A program made the position numbers and the translations under genes. A stretch of DNA of 64,000 nt from Candidatus Obscuribacteraceae bacterium (GTDB lineage: Bacteria > Cyanobacteriota > Vampirovibrionia > Obscuribacterales > Obscuribacteraceae), in NCBI GenBank assembly GCA_044229845.1, contig JBGASG010000004.1, forward strand, positions 352,001 to 416,000, written 5' to 3'. This document shows positions 39,319 to 49,399 of the stretch, piece after piece (the first letter of the stretch is position 1; each line of letters begins with the position of its first letter). A model generated the notes under the pieces. That model saw only the letters and a list, made by a program, of their open reading frames with translations, had not been told where the DNA came from and searched no databases.

Positions 39319-40266
39319 TTAGCCTTGCGGCACTGTCAGAACCTCCTTCTTGCTGCCCGTCCACAACTCGATCTCATGCTGCGGTGGTTGCACCTGCGGC
39401 AGGACACCATTGGTCATGGGCGCCAGACCCGATTGCTGGTTGCCGAAGCCTGGCGGCACCGGCGGCGGCAGATCGGGAACCAGAGCAATTTGCGGTTGCA
39501 CAACTGGTTTGGGGAAGAGCGAAGTCACATCAACCACAGCCACCGGTGTGTGATCTTTGTCGCTACGCAGAGAGAGATAAAGCTGTCCAGCCTTGATCGA
39601 CTTGACGAGCTTTGCCGATTGCTCCGGCGAAACCGACACCGTCACTGAAGACGCAGGCTGTGAGCCGGCGCTTCCCACCTGCTTCTGATAGACCTGACCG
39701 ACGGCGATCACTTCCACATCCGACATCACAGGCGCCACTTTCGTATCGGCACCGGCTCCGACGGAGCAAAGCACATCGACGTGCGAACCGGGAGCAACAA
39801 ATCCGGCCACACCAGTATTGGTATCAACGGCAAAAGTGATGGCACGCATGCCGTCTTTGATTTTGCCTTCGAAACCGCCAGTATGCATACCGATAGCCGC
39901 TCTCAGATGTCCACTCAAAATCACAGTTCCCTGAGAAATCGGAACGGCGGCATAACTGCCTTGTGCCAGCGACGCGCTGCCGATAGCACTTTCCGGTACT
40001 TTGAGAGTCTGGATTTGAGATTCTTCCAGGTCATCCGCCGCAATCAGAGAGCCTTCGGAGATGTCCTTGGCTGTTCGAACTATGGTGGTCTTCTGGTTTT
40101 TCTCCCTGTCGATCTGTTCAAGAAGCGCTGCGTTTTGATTCGCAGTTTGATTCATTTGATTCATGACCAACATGGTGACGACTACCGCCAATCCCAGGAT
40201 CACCATCAGCATCAGCATTGGCGGCATGCGGGAAAGGGATAGGAACAACGAACGAAACGGATTCAT
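39319..40266 (-). CDS. cpaB: Flp pilus assembly protein CpaB, copy 2
   Basis: End-to-end paralog of 33139-34089. Confidence 0.93.
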   Translation of the reverse strand: MNPFRSLFLSLSRMPPMLMLMVILGLAVVVTMLVMNQMNQTANQNAALLEQIDREKNQKTTIVRTAKDISEGSLIAADDLEESQIQTLKVPESAIGSASLAQGSYAAVPISQGTVILSGHLRAAIGMHTGGFEGKIKDGMRAITFAVDTNTGVAGFVAPGSHVDVLCSVGAGADTKVAPVMSDVEVIAVGQVYQKQVGSAGSQPASSVTVSVSPEQSAKLVKSIKAGQLYLSLRSDKDHTPVAVVDVTSLFPKPVVQPQIALVPDLPPPVPPGFGNQQSGLAPMTNGVLPQVQPPQHEIELWTGSKKEVLTVPQG

Positions 40267-40393
40267 GTCTCATTACCTCGGAGGTAACGAGCGAAAGACT
40301 AACCACCCACCATAGAAACACCATCCGAAATTTCTCGCTTGCCCCAAACAATTTTCTGCTTGCATTTATGACTCTTGTGTTACACTGTTGCCC

Positions 40394-40408
40394 TAGACGA
40401 CCGGTCTA
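40394..40408. promoter_or_regulatory. Putative TetR auto-operator TAGACGACCGGTCTA
   Basis: Near-palindrome just downstream of the extended -10 TGTTACACT and upstream of tetR; resembles the NemR box TAGACC-N4-GGTCTA. Confidence 0.8.
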
Positions 40409-40431
40409 GTAGACACCAGGAACCAGCCGCC

Positions 40432-41046
40432 ATGCCTAAAACAGCCACCCGCGAAAACACCAAATACCTGCTCATAGAGACCGGTATCGACATCATGGTC
40501 GAGAAGGGCTACAACGCCACCGGACTTTCCGAGGTGTTGAGTGCCGCCGGTGTGCCCAAGGGTTCTTTTTATTACTACTTCCAGAGCAAGGAAGACTTCG
40601 GGCTCAACATCATCAATTACTTCGACGAACGCTACGTCAGCCAGCTGGACCAGATTCTCAACGACAAGTCGATGACGCCTCTCGACCGCATGTATAAGTA
40701 CGTCGCCGACACGATCACCAAAGCGCAAGAGCGCCATTGCAGCCGAGGCTGTCTATTAGCCAATCTCAGCCAGGAAATGGCGGATCAAAACGAGCTTTTT
40801 CGGTCGCGTCTTTCCGAAATCATGACCAAGCGCAGCGAGAAGTTCGCACGCTGCCTGCAAGAAGCCAAGGACGTCGGTCAGGTGCCGGCGGACGTTTGCG
40901 TTAATATGTGCGCCGAGTTTTTCCTTTGCGCTTTCGAAGGCGCGCTGATGCGCTCCAAAACCATGAAAGATCCAAAGCCACTGCAGATGGTGCAGGAGGC
41001 GTTCTTTGATGTAATGCTCGGACTGGACCCGCACTGCAACGGCTGA
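40432..41046 (+). CDS. TetR-family regulator, NemR/AcuR-like
   Basis: GYNATGLSEVLSAAGVPKGSFYYYFQSKEDFG HTH; RGCLLANLSQEMA; FEGALMRSK. Confidence 0.92.
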   Translation: MPKTATRENTKYLLIETGIDIMVEKGYNATGLSEVLSAAGVPKGSFYYYFQSKEDFGLNIINYFDERYVSQLDQILNDKSMTPLDRMYKYVADTITKAQERHCSRGCLLANLSQEMADQNELFRSRLSEIMTKRSEKFARCLQEAKDVGQVPADVCVNMCAEFFLCAFEGALMRSKTMKDPKPLQMVQEAFFDVMLGLDPHCNG

Positions 41047-41188
41047 CATAAAAATCTGCGAAGAGCGCGGCACTGCGTTCTGCCTGCGCCGTACCGCGCC
41101 TGCTTCGCCTGTGTGCAACCGCGACGCGCACCGCCGAGTAGAGGAAGGCATTCCTCTCGACGGCTAACGTCGCATTGCACAGAACCCG

Positions 41189-42844
41189 CTATCTCTGCTG
41201 CACAGCCGGTTCCCGCACCGGTCGCGGTGCCGGCAATTGCTCCGGCGGTCGCGGTGCCGTTTCGTTTATCTGGCGCGGTGCCGGAGCTGGTTCTGGTTTC
41301 GTCACCGGGTGTTCGGGCTTGTCGCCCTCCGGCGGCTTCGCCTGGTGCTGCAACGCGTGGCGGAAGCGCCCCCATCCGGTCTCGTTGTTCACTAGCTGCG
41401 CGCGGTATTCGCGTTGCACGTGGGCATCGGTGCCCTCACGCAAGTCGCGTCCCGGCAGGAAAACCGAATATCCGCCCAACTGCGCATAGCTGCCGTGTCC
41501 GAAGTAATCGCCCACCAGTTGCTTGCGTTTGGCAAGAACGTCTTCGGCACTGGCTTTTAGTGACCCGTCCGCGTCCTTGATCTTGCCGTCGTCAATCGCT
41601 TTCACTACTTTCTGCGTGAAGTCTTTGAGGTCGTACTTGTCGCCTTTGGCGCTCATGAAGAGAAACAAGAATCCGCCCCCGCCGCCGCCGTAGGTCTCGG
41701 TGTCATCGATGACATCTTCGATGGCGGCGCGATTCTTCTCGTCCTTCAACACGTCGCACATCTTGTCGCCAAATTTGTCCAGGCTGCCGCGGAAGCCCTC
41801 GTACTCCTTGACACTCATGTGAGCGAGAGTTTTGATCGGCACTTTGGCAGGATTGTCGATGCCGAAGTACGACAAGACTTTGCTGATTGCATCAGCGGCC
41901 GCTTGCTTGTCGCGATTGGACTTGATGAAATCGCGCGCTACCTCTTCACCGGTCATCTTCGGATTGGCGAAGATGTGCTCGAGCGGCATGGTCAGCTCCT
42001 GCCCGGCAATGTGCTCGGTCTCCGCCGATGCCACCACGTTTTTGGTGACATCCTTCACTTCGTGGACGACACCGTTTTGCGACATCAGACAGCAATCGAA
42101 ATCGAGCACATCGAGACTCTGACGATTGATCGACTTCAACCCATTGCGCAATGCCTTCGCAAACTCAGGCACCGTCGCGCTTCCCGTATCACCGGTCAGC
42201 CCGAGATTGCCGTTGCCGTGCGAATCGAGCAAGAGCCCCAGCTGCTTCGCGTCGAATCGCTTGCCGGTAAAGGTCAGCAAATCTTCGGTGTCTTTAGCCA
42301 GCCCCACCGATTTTGCCGATTCCAACCAGGTCATTTTGCCGTCTTTGATCAGCCAACGATCTAGATAGTGTCCATCCGGTTGCCCGCTGGCAAAAGCTTC
42401 CGGCGACTGGTAGTCCGGCATGGCCGCCTGCACCACCAGTGACACCGGCTTGTCTTTAGTCTTTTCGGCAAGTTTATGCAGCTCAGCCATGCGCGCTTCC
42501 ACGCCATAGCCCGAGCCGTAATCGGTCGTCAGATTAATCGCGAAAGTCCAGTCTGTCTTCTCCCTCGACAGCCCCTGCTTCACTGCTTCCCAGGTCCGCG
42601 ACAGCGCATCGACTGTATCGGATTTCTTGACGCGCTCAAAAAGAGTTCTAAGTGATGACTGTGCTTCATCACTCAACCGCAGCAATGCATGTTGGGCATC
42701 GTCCAGGGTGGGCGGGGTGAAATCCAACACCTTCGCGCCATCCCAATCTAGGTTTTTAGGAGCCTCGCCTTTATTTGCGCGAGCCATTACATCATCCGGC
42801 GCCTCTACTTTCGCCGGACGGGGGTATGTTTCTAATTCCGCCAT
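41189..42844 (-). CDS. Clostripain-related (C11) cysteine peptidase
   Basis: DWTFAINL, LLDSHGNG (His), LDFDCCLM (Cys), VVASAETE. Confidence 0.82.
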   Translation of the reverse strand: MAELETYPRPAKVEAPDDVMARANKGEAPKNLDWDGAKVLDFTPPTLDDAQHALLRLSDEAQSSLRTLFERVKKSDTVDALSRTWEAVKQGLSREKTDWTFAINLTTDYGSGYGVEARMAELHKLAEKTKDKPVSLVVQAAMPDYQSPEAFASGQPDGHYLDRWLIKDGKMTWLESAKSVGLAKDTEDLLTFTGKRFDAKQLGLLLDSHGNGNLGLTGDTGSATVPEFAKALRNGLKSINRQSLDVLDFDCCLMSQNGVVHEVKDVTKNVVASAETEHIAGQELTMPLEHIFANPKMTGEEVARDFIKSNRDKQAAADAISKVLSYFGIDNPAKVPIKTLAHMSVKEYEGFRGSLDKFGDKMCDVLKDEKNRAAIEDVIDDTETYGGGGGGFLFLFMSAKGDKYDLKDFTQKVVKAIDDGKIKDADGSLKASAEDVLAKRKQLVGDYFGHGSYAQLGGYSVFLPGRDLREGTDAHVQREYRAQLVNNETGWGRFRHALQHQAKPPEGDKPEHPVTKPEPAPAPRQINETAPRPPEQLPAPRPVREPAVQQR

Positions 42845-42974
42845 ATACGCGCACTAGCCTCCGTTCGCTCGGTGCCAGCCCGCGATGGCGAGTAATTGTT
42901 GCAGGTCTTTCACAAACAACATGAGAGGAACGTGCCTTCAGTGGGGTTTTTCCCACAAAAATTTCTCGGTGTCT

Positions 42975-44249
42975 CTATGCCTCAGCCGGTGCGGCTTCCA
43001 GAGACGGCGGCGGCGCTTCGAGCTCAGGCAATTTGTCGGTCAAAAACGAAAACAGCGCACCCATGGCAAACGCCAGCAATAGCAGGAAGTTTGGATTAAC
43101 CAAACCACCTTTCAAGAGGTAGAAGTAATGCACCGGCACATAGATAGGAATCATGCAAAGCAGTGTGCCGACAATTATGGACAGGGTGAGAAACGCCTGG
43201 CGGCGCTGATTGGCAGCCATAAACAGCGCTACCAGACCGGGAGTCGCCAGCACGACATCGTAGTCGTGGCAGTGCCAGGCAGTCACCAGCCCAACCGGCA
43301 CTGCCACCACCAGTGCCGCATAGTACGGGTTGTCCAGGCGACGGGCTTTGTTGCCAGCGAAAAGGCAGGCGCCGAAGGCCAATAGAGCCGCCGCCAACGC
43401 ACCGTATTTGGTGACCGGTGCATCAATGCCGAAAATCAACCCCAATTGTCCACGCACCGTCGGATTGATAACCGACTGCATAAGATCGGCGCTGGCAGGA
43501 TCGAGCACCAGATGTACATAGTTTTGGTAACCGACGATGCCGAAGGTGACCAGCGAGAGCACAGTCATGATCGCGGTCACAGCGGCCAAGCCGGCGATCA
43601 GTCGCCACTGGCGGGCAGCCAGAAAGAAGAGCGCCATCGGCAAGAGTTCTTGCGGTTTCAAGATGAGCAAACCCAGGAAAGCGCCGGCAGTGAAGCGTTT
43701 CCCCTGACGAAAAGACGCGTATGAGAGCATCAAACCAAGCAGCATCAAAGTGGCCGGCTGAGCAATGCGCAACGCCTCGAACGCCGGTCCGAAGGAAACT
43801 ACGGCTGCCACCAGCCACCCCACCCCGACGGCCGGCACGTCAAACTCGCGCTTCATCAGATAAATAGACGCCAGCAATGCCGATACCAGCATGCCCATCC
43901 AGCCGAAGAAAGCCAGCGCAGGCGGAAAGAGCGCGATGGGCAAAAAATACAGCGCCGCCGGTGGTGGCACAAACATGGCCAGCGGGCGCTGCAAGTCAGG
44001 GTGCAGCGTGCGCTCAACCAGGAGCAGCGAGGCGGTGTCATAGACTTCCGCCGCGCGCCCCTGGGCAATCAGGCGGGCAGCCCCGTGATACTGCGGGAAG
44101 TCATTGAGCGTGCCGAAAGCCGCTTTGCAGGAAAGCACAATGATGTAGGCGCTCAGCGCAATCGACAGCAGCGCAGCGCAGACAGAGACTCCGATGCGCA
44201 CGGCGGCAAAGACGGAAGAACGCGGTTTTTCTCCAGGCAGATCGACCAT
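42975..44249 (-). CDS. GT87/DUF2029-like membrane glycosyltransferase
   Basis: DFPQYH, FVPPP, LILKPQ, HDYD motifs; polytopic. Confidence 0.8.
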   Translation of the reverse strand: MVDLPGEKPRSSVFAAVRIGVSVCAALLSIALSAYIIVLSCKAAFGTLNDFPQYHGAARLIAQGRAAEVYDTASLLLVERTLHPDLQRPLAMFVPPPAALYFLPIALFPPALAFFGWMGMLVSALLASIYLMKREFDVPAVGVGWLVAAVVSFGPAFEALRIAQPATLMLLGLMLSYASFRQGKRFTAGAFLGLLILKPQELLPMALFFLAARQWRLIAGLAAVTAIMTVLSLVTFGIVGYQNYVHLVLDPASADLMQSVINPTVRGQLGLIFGIDAPVTKYGALAAALLAFGACLFAGNKARRLDNPYYAALVVAVPVGLVTAWHCHDYDVVLATPGLVALFMAANQRRQAFLTLSIIVGTLLCMIPIYVPVHYFYLLKGGLVNPNFLLLLAFAMGALFSFLTDKLPELEAPPPSLEAAPAEA

Positions 44250-44410
44250 GAGCACATTATATAGACCCCCAGGTCGATCATCTCCGCGCGCAGTACTAAC
44301 TTGCTTAGTAGACACAATCATCAAAAAAGGAGCCGGCAGACACAAAGATAGCGCCAGTGCTACCCAGGTCTGCCGGCGAATGAAGTGGTGCAGTGTTACC
44401 CCGCGAAACT

Positions 44411-47116
44411 TTACGACGCGAAGGTACCGGCCATCGCCAGCGAGGCGTTGTCCGGGTGCATGTGCCGGCGAATGGCGGCATTCACCTGGTCGACGGTGAC
44501 GGCGCTCATCTTGACGGCGTAGTCGTCCATCGAGGCAAGGTCAATCCCGCGCGCCGCGTACTCGCTCAGCTCGTGGGCAACACCCCAGAAGCTTGCCAGC
44601 CGCAGCTGGAAGGTTCCGATGGCGCGTCCCGCTTCGCGATCCAGTTCTGCCTGCGTGATGCCGCCGTCCAGGAACTCCCGCCAGATCGTGCGGGTGAGGC
44701 CGACCGCCTTGTCCACGTTTGCCGGGTTGACCGACAAGCTGATGGAGAAGGGCGCGCCCCGGAAGCTGTCCCAGAAGCTGCTGTAGACGCCGTAAGTCAG
44801 ACCTTCTTCGACCCGCAAGCGCGAGCCGAGACGTCCGAGCATGGTGTCGCCGCCGAAGATGGCGTTGCCGAGGGTGGCGGCATCGTAGTCCGCATCGTTG
44901 ACATCGAGGTCGCCCGGGTGACCCAGCGCGATATCGACGCTCGACTTGTCGACCATCGGAATCCGCACCGTCCGCGGTGCCAGGAGCACCGGCGCATCTT
45001 CCGGCAAAGCAATCGCCGGACCGCCGGTCCAATCGCCGAACGCCTGCTCCACATGCTGCACCGCAGCCTCGACATCGACGTCGCCGACGACGGCGACCAC
45101 GGTGGCGGAGGGCACGTACGTGCGTGTGTGGAAGCCGCGCAGAGCGGCGACGTCCATGCGATCGAGATGCTGCGTCAGCTCATCGTGCGAAGGCACGAAG
45201 TAGAGAGCATCCGGACCGTAGGCGACGCGCGTCAGAGCCGTCGCGGCTACCGAGCCCGGCGAGTTCTTGCCGTGCTGATAGCTGGCCCGCATCTGGCGCT
45301 TGATCGTCTCCAGGTCGCCGTCGTTGAACGTCGGATGGCGCAGCACGTGAGCCAGCAGCTTGAGCAGCTGCGGCACATCGCCACTGGGCACCATCTCGCC
45401 CATCACGGTCTTGCCGGGGCGCACCCACGGACGCAGCGAGCCGGTGACGCCGAGCAAGCGCAATTGGCTTGCCAGCTGCGACTTGCTGAGGTCTTCACTG
45501 CCCATGGGCAACATGTCGGCGACGATGTCCGACAGGTTGACCGCGTCGCGAGGATCCAGATAGTTGCCCGTCTTGACGTAGACGTTCACCGCCGCGGCGC
45601 CCGAGCCCTCGAACGGCAACGCCACCACGGTCAGCCCATTGGGCAGCACCTTCTGGACGATGCGCGGTGCGAAGTTCGTGCGCGTGATCGGCAGCTTCTC
45701 CAGCTCGACCGGGCGTTTCGCCCGCGACTTGCGGACGCGACGCTGCGGTTTCTTGCCGGTAGCAGCTGCAGCACCACTGGCGGTGGCGTCTTCGGCCGCA
45801 TCGACGACGATCTCGGCCTCGACCTGCTCCTGCTCGGGCACGAGAATGCCGACGGTGCGGTTCTTCTCCTGGAAGTAGGTGCGAGCAACACGCTGCACGT
45901 CTTCCGCGGTGACGGCGTCGAACTTGTCGTCGTAGTCCACGAGCCAGCGCCAGGTGGAATGGGCTTCGGCGCCGCCGAGGGTGAACGCCATGCGCGCGGC
46001 ATCGGCCCTGACGAGCACGGTGCCTTTGCGGTTGGCGATCTTGATCGCGGACAGTTCCTCGTCCGATACCAGCTCGGTCTGCAGCCGCTCGATCTCGCGC
46101 CGCACCGCCTGCTCGACTGCGTCGGTAGAGGCGTCGGCACCGACGTCGGCGCTGACCGTGAAGAGCCCGGGATCTTTGAGCTCGTCACAGCTGGCGTAGA
46201 CGCGGCTCACCAGCCCGGTCTCGAAAAGCTGCTTGTAGAGCCGCGAGTCGGGCTGATACGAACTGCCGAGAATGCTGGACAGCATGTTGAGCGCGTAGAT
46301 GTCCGCGTGGGACGTGCTGGGCGTGTGGAAGCCCATCGACACCATGCGCACGTTGCCGGCCAAACCCAGCTTGAAGCGGCGTTCGCCCTTCTGCTCCGGT
46401 TCGACCGTGTAGATCTTCGGCAAGTCCTGCGGCGAGCGCGCAATCTTGCCGAAGTACTTGTCGATCAGGTACAGCGTCTCGAGGCTGTCGAAGTCGCCGC
46501 TCACCACCAGCGTGGCGTTGTTCGGCCAGTAGTGCAGGTTGTAGAAGTCGCTGAGCGCCGAAACCGGCATGCCTTCGACGTCCGACACCCAGCCGATCGT
46601 ATCGTGACGATAGGGATGCGCCTGGAAGGCGGTCGCGTACATAGCCTGACGCATGGCGCCGCCGGCATAGTTTTCGCGCTGCTCCAGTTCGTTGCGCACC
46701 ACCGTCATTTCCGAGTCGAGGTCCGCCTGGCGCAGGCGCAGATTGCGCATGCGGTCAGACTCCAGCTTCAGCACCAGCTCCAGATAGCTGGAGGGCACCA
46801 GCTCGTGATAGATGGTGCGGTCGTACCAGGTGTTGGCATTCGTGCTCGCGCCAATCGGCGCCAGCATGATGTCGAGGCTGTTTCCCTTGTCGGGGTTGAA
46901 CTTCTTCGTGCCCTTGAACATCATGTGCTCGAGCAGATGCGCGATGCCGGTCACTCCGAGACCTTCATTGCGACTGCCGACCTTGTAGACGACCAGCACC
47001 TCGACCACGGGTCGCGAGCGGTCTTCTTGCAGGACAACTTTCAGTCCATTGGGCCACGTGAACTCCGTGCACCCAAAAGCCGGTTCGCCCTGGCGAATGT
47101 TAAGCTGCTTTCGCAT
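44411..47116 (-). CDS. M16 (pitrilysin-family) zinc protease, two-lobed
   Basis: GIAHLLEHMMFKGT (HxxEH), NANTWYDRT, YWPNNATLVVSGD, RLRVEEGLTYG. Confidence 0.95.
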   Translation of the reverse strand: MRKQLNIRQGEPAFGCTEFTWPNGLKVVLQEDRSRPVVEVLVVYKVGSRNEGLGVTGIAHLLEHMMFKGTKKFNPDKGNSLDIMLAPIGASTNANTWYDRTIYHELVPSSYLELVLKLESDRMRNLRLRQADLDSEMTVVRNELEQRENYAGGAMRQAMYATAFQAHPYRHDTIGWVSDVEGMPVSALSDFYNLHYWPNNATLVVSGDFDSLETLYLIDKYFGKIARSPQDLPKIYTVEPEQKGERRFKLGLAGNVRMVSMGFHTPSTSHADIYALNMLSSILGSSYQPDSRLYKQLFETGLVSRVYASCDELKDPGLFTVSADVGADASTDAVEQAVRREIERLQTELVSDEELSAIKIANRKGTVLVRADAARMAFTLGGAEAHSTWRWLVDYDDKFDAVTAEDVQRVARTYFQEKNRTVGILVPEQEQVEAEIVVDAAEDATASGAAAATGKKPQRRVRKSRAKRPVELEKLPITRTNFAPRIVQKVLPNGLTVVALPFEGSGAAAVNVYVKTGNYLDPRDAVNLSDIVADMLPMGSEDLSKSQLASQLRLLGVTGSLRPWVRPGKTVMGEMVPSGDVPQLLKLLAHVLRHPTFNDGDLETIKRQMRASYQHGKNSPGSVAATALTRVAYGPDALYFVPSHDELTQHLDRMDVAALRGFHTRTYVPSATVVAVVGDVDVEAAVQHVEQAFGDWTGGPAIALPEDAPVLLAPRTVRIPMVDKSSVDIALGHPGDLDVNDADYDAATLGNAIFGGDTMLGRLGSRLRVEEGLTYGVYSSFWDSFRGAPFSISLSVNPANVDKAVGLTRTIWREFLDGGITQAELDREAGRAIGTFQLRLASFWGVAHELSEYAARGIDLASMDDYAVKMSAVTVDQVNAAIRRHMHPDNASLAMAGTFAS

Positions 47117-47562
47117 TACTAAGTTTCCTCAACAGGTGACGCGTTCTGCGTCGGGAAACACGCGCCGGTGGCGCGTGCGGTGAAACCCTGGAGTCCATAG
47201 TCCGAGCAAGCGAGCCAATTCGTTCGCCTTTTTGCGGCGAAAGAACGTGCGTGAGCAGTGGCGGTTGATGTCGCTTTTGCTGTTTGCGCTAACTCGAATA
47301 TGGGGTGGTCCAGGGTGTACCAGAGACTAGAAACTTGGCACTGCGCAAACAAGAGAGAAGCGGTGGCTGCGGCACCACATTTGGTTTCTCACTGGTAATC
47401 AATGCCTAATTTGCCGCGTAAACATTGGCGATGTTCGCAAAGCTTGACATGCGCGCGCGTGACGGGCGGCGTTCGGGGGTGCTCATTCGCCTCTTAGGGC
47501 AAATCAACACTAGTGTTGAAATCAAGAGGAAGGACTGTCGGCATCAGCTGCCGGCCGTCGCC

Positions 47563-48741
47563 TCAGCCGCGAATTTTGTCGAGCGCCATACACAGCGCAT
47601 CGACGTCTTCCGGCTTGTTGAAATAACCGAAACTGACGCGCACAGCGCCCGTATCCAGCGTGCCCAGCGCCAGGTGCGCCGCCTGCGCGCAATGCAATCC
47701 GGAGCGCGCCGCCATGCCATAATCAGACTCCAGGAGCGACGCCACCATATCTGGTGCGACGTTGGGCAACCGGAAAGAAACGGTCGCTACGCGCTTGGCG
47801 TCGAAAGCACCCAGTATCTCCAACCAGGGACGAGTACCCGCCCAGTCGAGAAACCGCTTCAGCAGCTGCTGTTCTTTTTCGGTCAACACGGCGAAACCGC
47901 CCTGCTGCCCGATCCAGTGCGCAGCGGCTCCCAGTCCCGCGATCGCGGGTCCGTTCGGTGTGCCGACTTCGTAGCGGTCAGGCAACTCTTCCGGCATGGT
48001 CAAATCTTCCGAATGCGAGCCGGTGCCGCCGGCGATAATCGGCTCCAGTCTCAAATCGGGCGAGGCATATAAAAGACCGACGCCGGGCGGACCCATTAAG
48101 CCTTTGTGTCCGGAAGCGCACCAGGCCGCCACACCGAGAGCATCGGCGCTGAAAGGCAGACGCCCGGCCGTTTGCGCCGCATCAACGACCAGCGGCACTT
48201 TATTGGCTTGACAAATGGTTGAGACCAGACGCAGGTCGACGATTTCGCCAGTCACGTTGCTGGCTTCACTCATAATGCAAAGTTTGGGTTTTTCGCGCAA
48301 TAGCGCCGAGGTCAGATCGTGCAAATCGACCACAGACCAGGGTTTGTAGGGCAGAGTGTGCACCTTCAACCCGATCTGATTCTGCAACTGCGTGAGCGGT
48401 CGCATCACCGCATTGTGCTCGAGAGCCGATACCACAACCGAGTCACCCGGCTCCAATTTGAATCCCTTGATGACCATGTTGAGCGAATATGTGCAGCCAG
48501 GGGTGAAAATCAGGCGCTCCGGATGTTTCGCCCCCAAAAGATCCGCAATCAGGACCCGCGAGTTGTGAATCGCGCGCGCCGCCTGCATGGCAAACTGGTG
48601 CGCACCGCGCCCGGGGTTGCCGGCTTCGCGCAAAAAGTGCGAATGCGCGGCATAAACATCCTCCGGTTTCGGAAGGGTGGTTGCCGCGTTATCAAGATAA
48701 ATCCGCCGCTGCTGCATGACCGATGCGAAGATGATACCCAC
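47563..48741 (-). CDS. Cysteine desulfurase-family class V PLP enzyme (alternative start 48717)
   Basis: IYLDNAATT, GNPGRG, EHNAV, VDAAQ, SGHKGL, RSGLHCA. Confidence 0.93.
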   Translation of the reverse strand: MGIIFASVMQQRRIYLDNAATTLPKPEDVYAAHSHFLREAGNPGRGAHQFAMQAARAIHNSRVLIADLLGAKHPERLIFTPGCTYSLNMVIKGFKLEPGDSVVVSALEHNAVMRPLTQLQNQIGLKVHTLPYKPWSVVDLHDLTSALLREKPKLCIMSEASNVTGEIVDLRLVSTICQANKVPLVVDAAQTAGRLPFSADALGVAAWCASGHKGLMGPPGVGLLYASPDLRLEPIIAGGTGSHSEDLTMPEELPDRYEVGTPNGPAIAGLGAAAHWIGQQGGFAVLTEKEQQLLKRFLDWAGTRPWLEILGAFDAKRVATVSFRLPNVAPDMVASLLESDYGMAARSGLHCAQAAHLALGTLDTGAVRVSFGYFNKPEDVDALCMALDKIRG

Positions 48742-48818
48742 TGGAAACAGGCGCCAACGCCGCTTGGCGAGCCAGTCAGACGCTATGCTAGCATTTCTTC
48801 CAGGCAGAAGGTTTTCTT

Positions 48819-49379
48819 ATGGCAAGCGAAAAATTACTCGCGCGAGATGAGACGCTAAAGCTCTTGTTTTCAACCGGCGAAAACCTGTCCATCTTGCGCG
48901 CCATTCGCGACGTCCGTCTACCTGACTGCTGGCTGGCCGGCGGCGCCGTACGCAATACCGTCTGGCGAGAGATTTTCGGCGAAGCCTGTCGTCTGGGCAT
49001 TAAAGATTTCGATGTCGCATTTTTTGACAAAGATGCCGACCGCTCGGTTGAGGCACGCGCCCGCGAGATTCTCGAAAAAGAGTTCCCTCACCACAAATTC
49101 GATGTGAAAAACCAGGCCAGCTTCGGCGTCTGGCGCGACGGCCACTTTGTTTTCACCAGCTGCGAAGACGGTATAGCCCATTGGCTGCATACAGCTACCG
49201 CAGTCGGCGTGCGGCTGAATGCCGACGACGAGATCGAGATATTTCAACCTTATGGTCTCGACGACCTTTTTCAGGGCGTGGTGCGCCCGACTCCCGAACA
49301 AGTGGGCAAAGAAGCGGCGCTTTCCAAACGCGATCAGTTCTTGTCCGGCTGTCCGGCTTTGAAATCCGTGGATGCCTGA
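48819..49379 (+). CDS. Nucleotidyltransferase-family protein (DUF925-like)
   Basis: WLAGGAVRNTVW, KDFDVAFFD, VKNQA, PYGLDDLF. Confidence 0.85.
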   Translation: MASEKLLARDETLKLLFSTGENLSILRAIRDVRLPDCWLAGGAVRNTVWREIFGEACRLGIKDFDVAFFDKDADRSVEARAREILEKEFPHHKFDVKNQASFGVWRDGHFVFTSCEDGIAHWLHTATAVGVRLNADDEIEIFQPYGLDDLFQGVVRPTPEQVGKEAALSKRDQFLSGCPALKSVDA

Positions 49380-49399
49380 TTAAAGGAGGAACCCTGCGC

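Noticed and set aside
44393..47122. 909-aa antisense ORF spanning the M16 protease gene
   Set aside because: Shadow frame expected from GC-rich codon bias; no motifs, whereas the minus strand has clear M16 motifs
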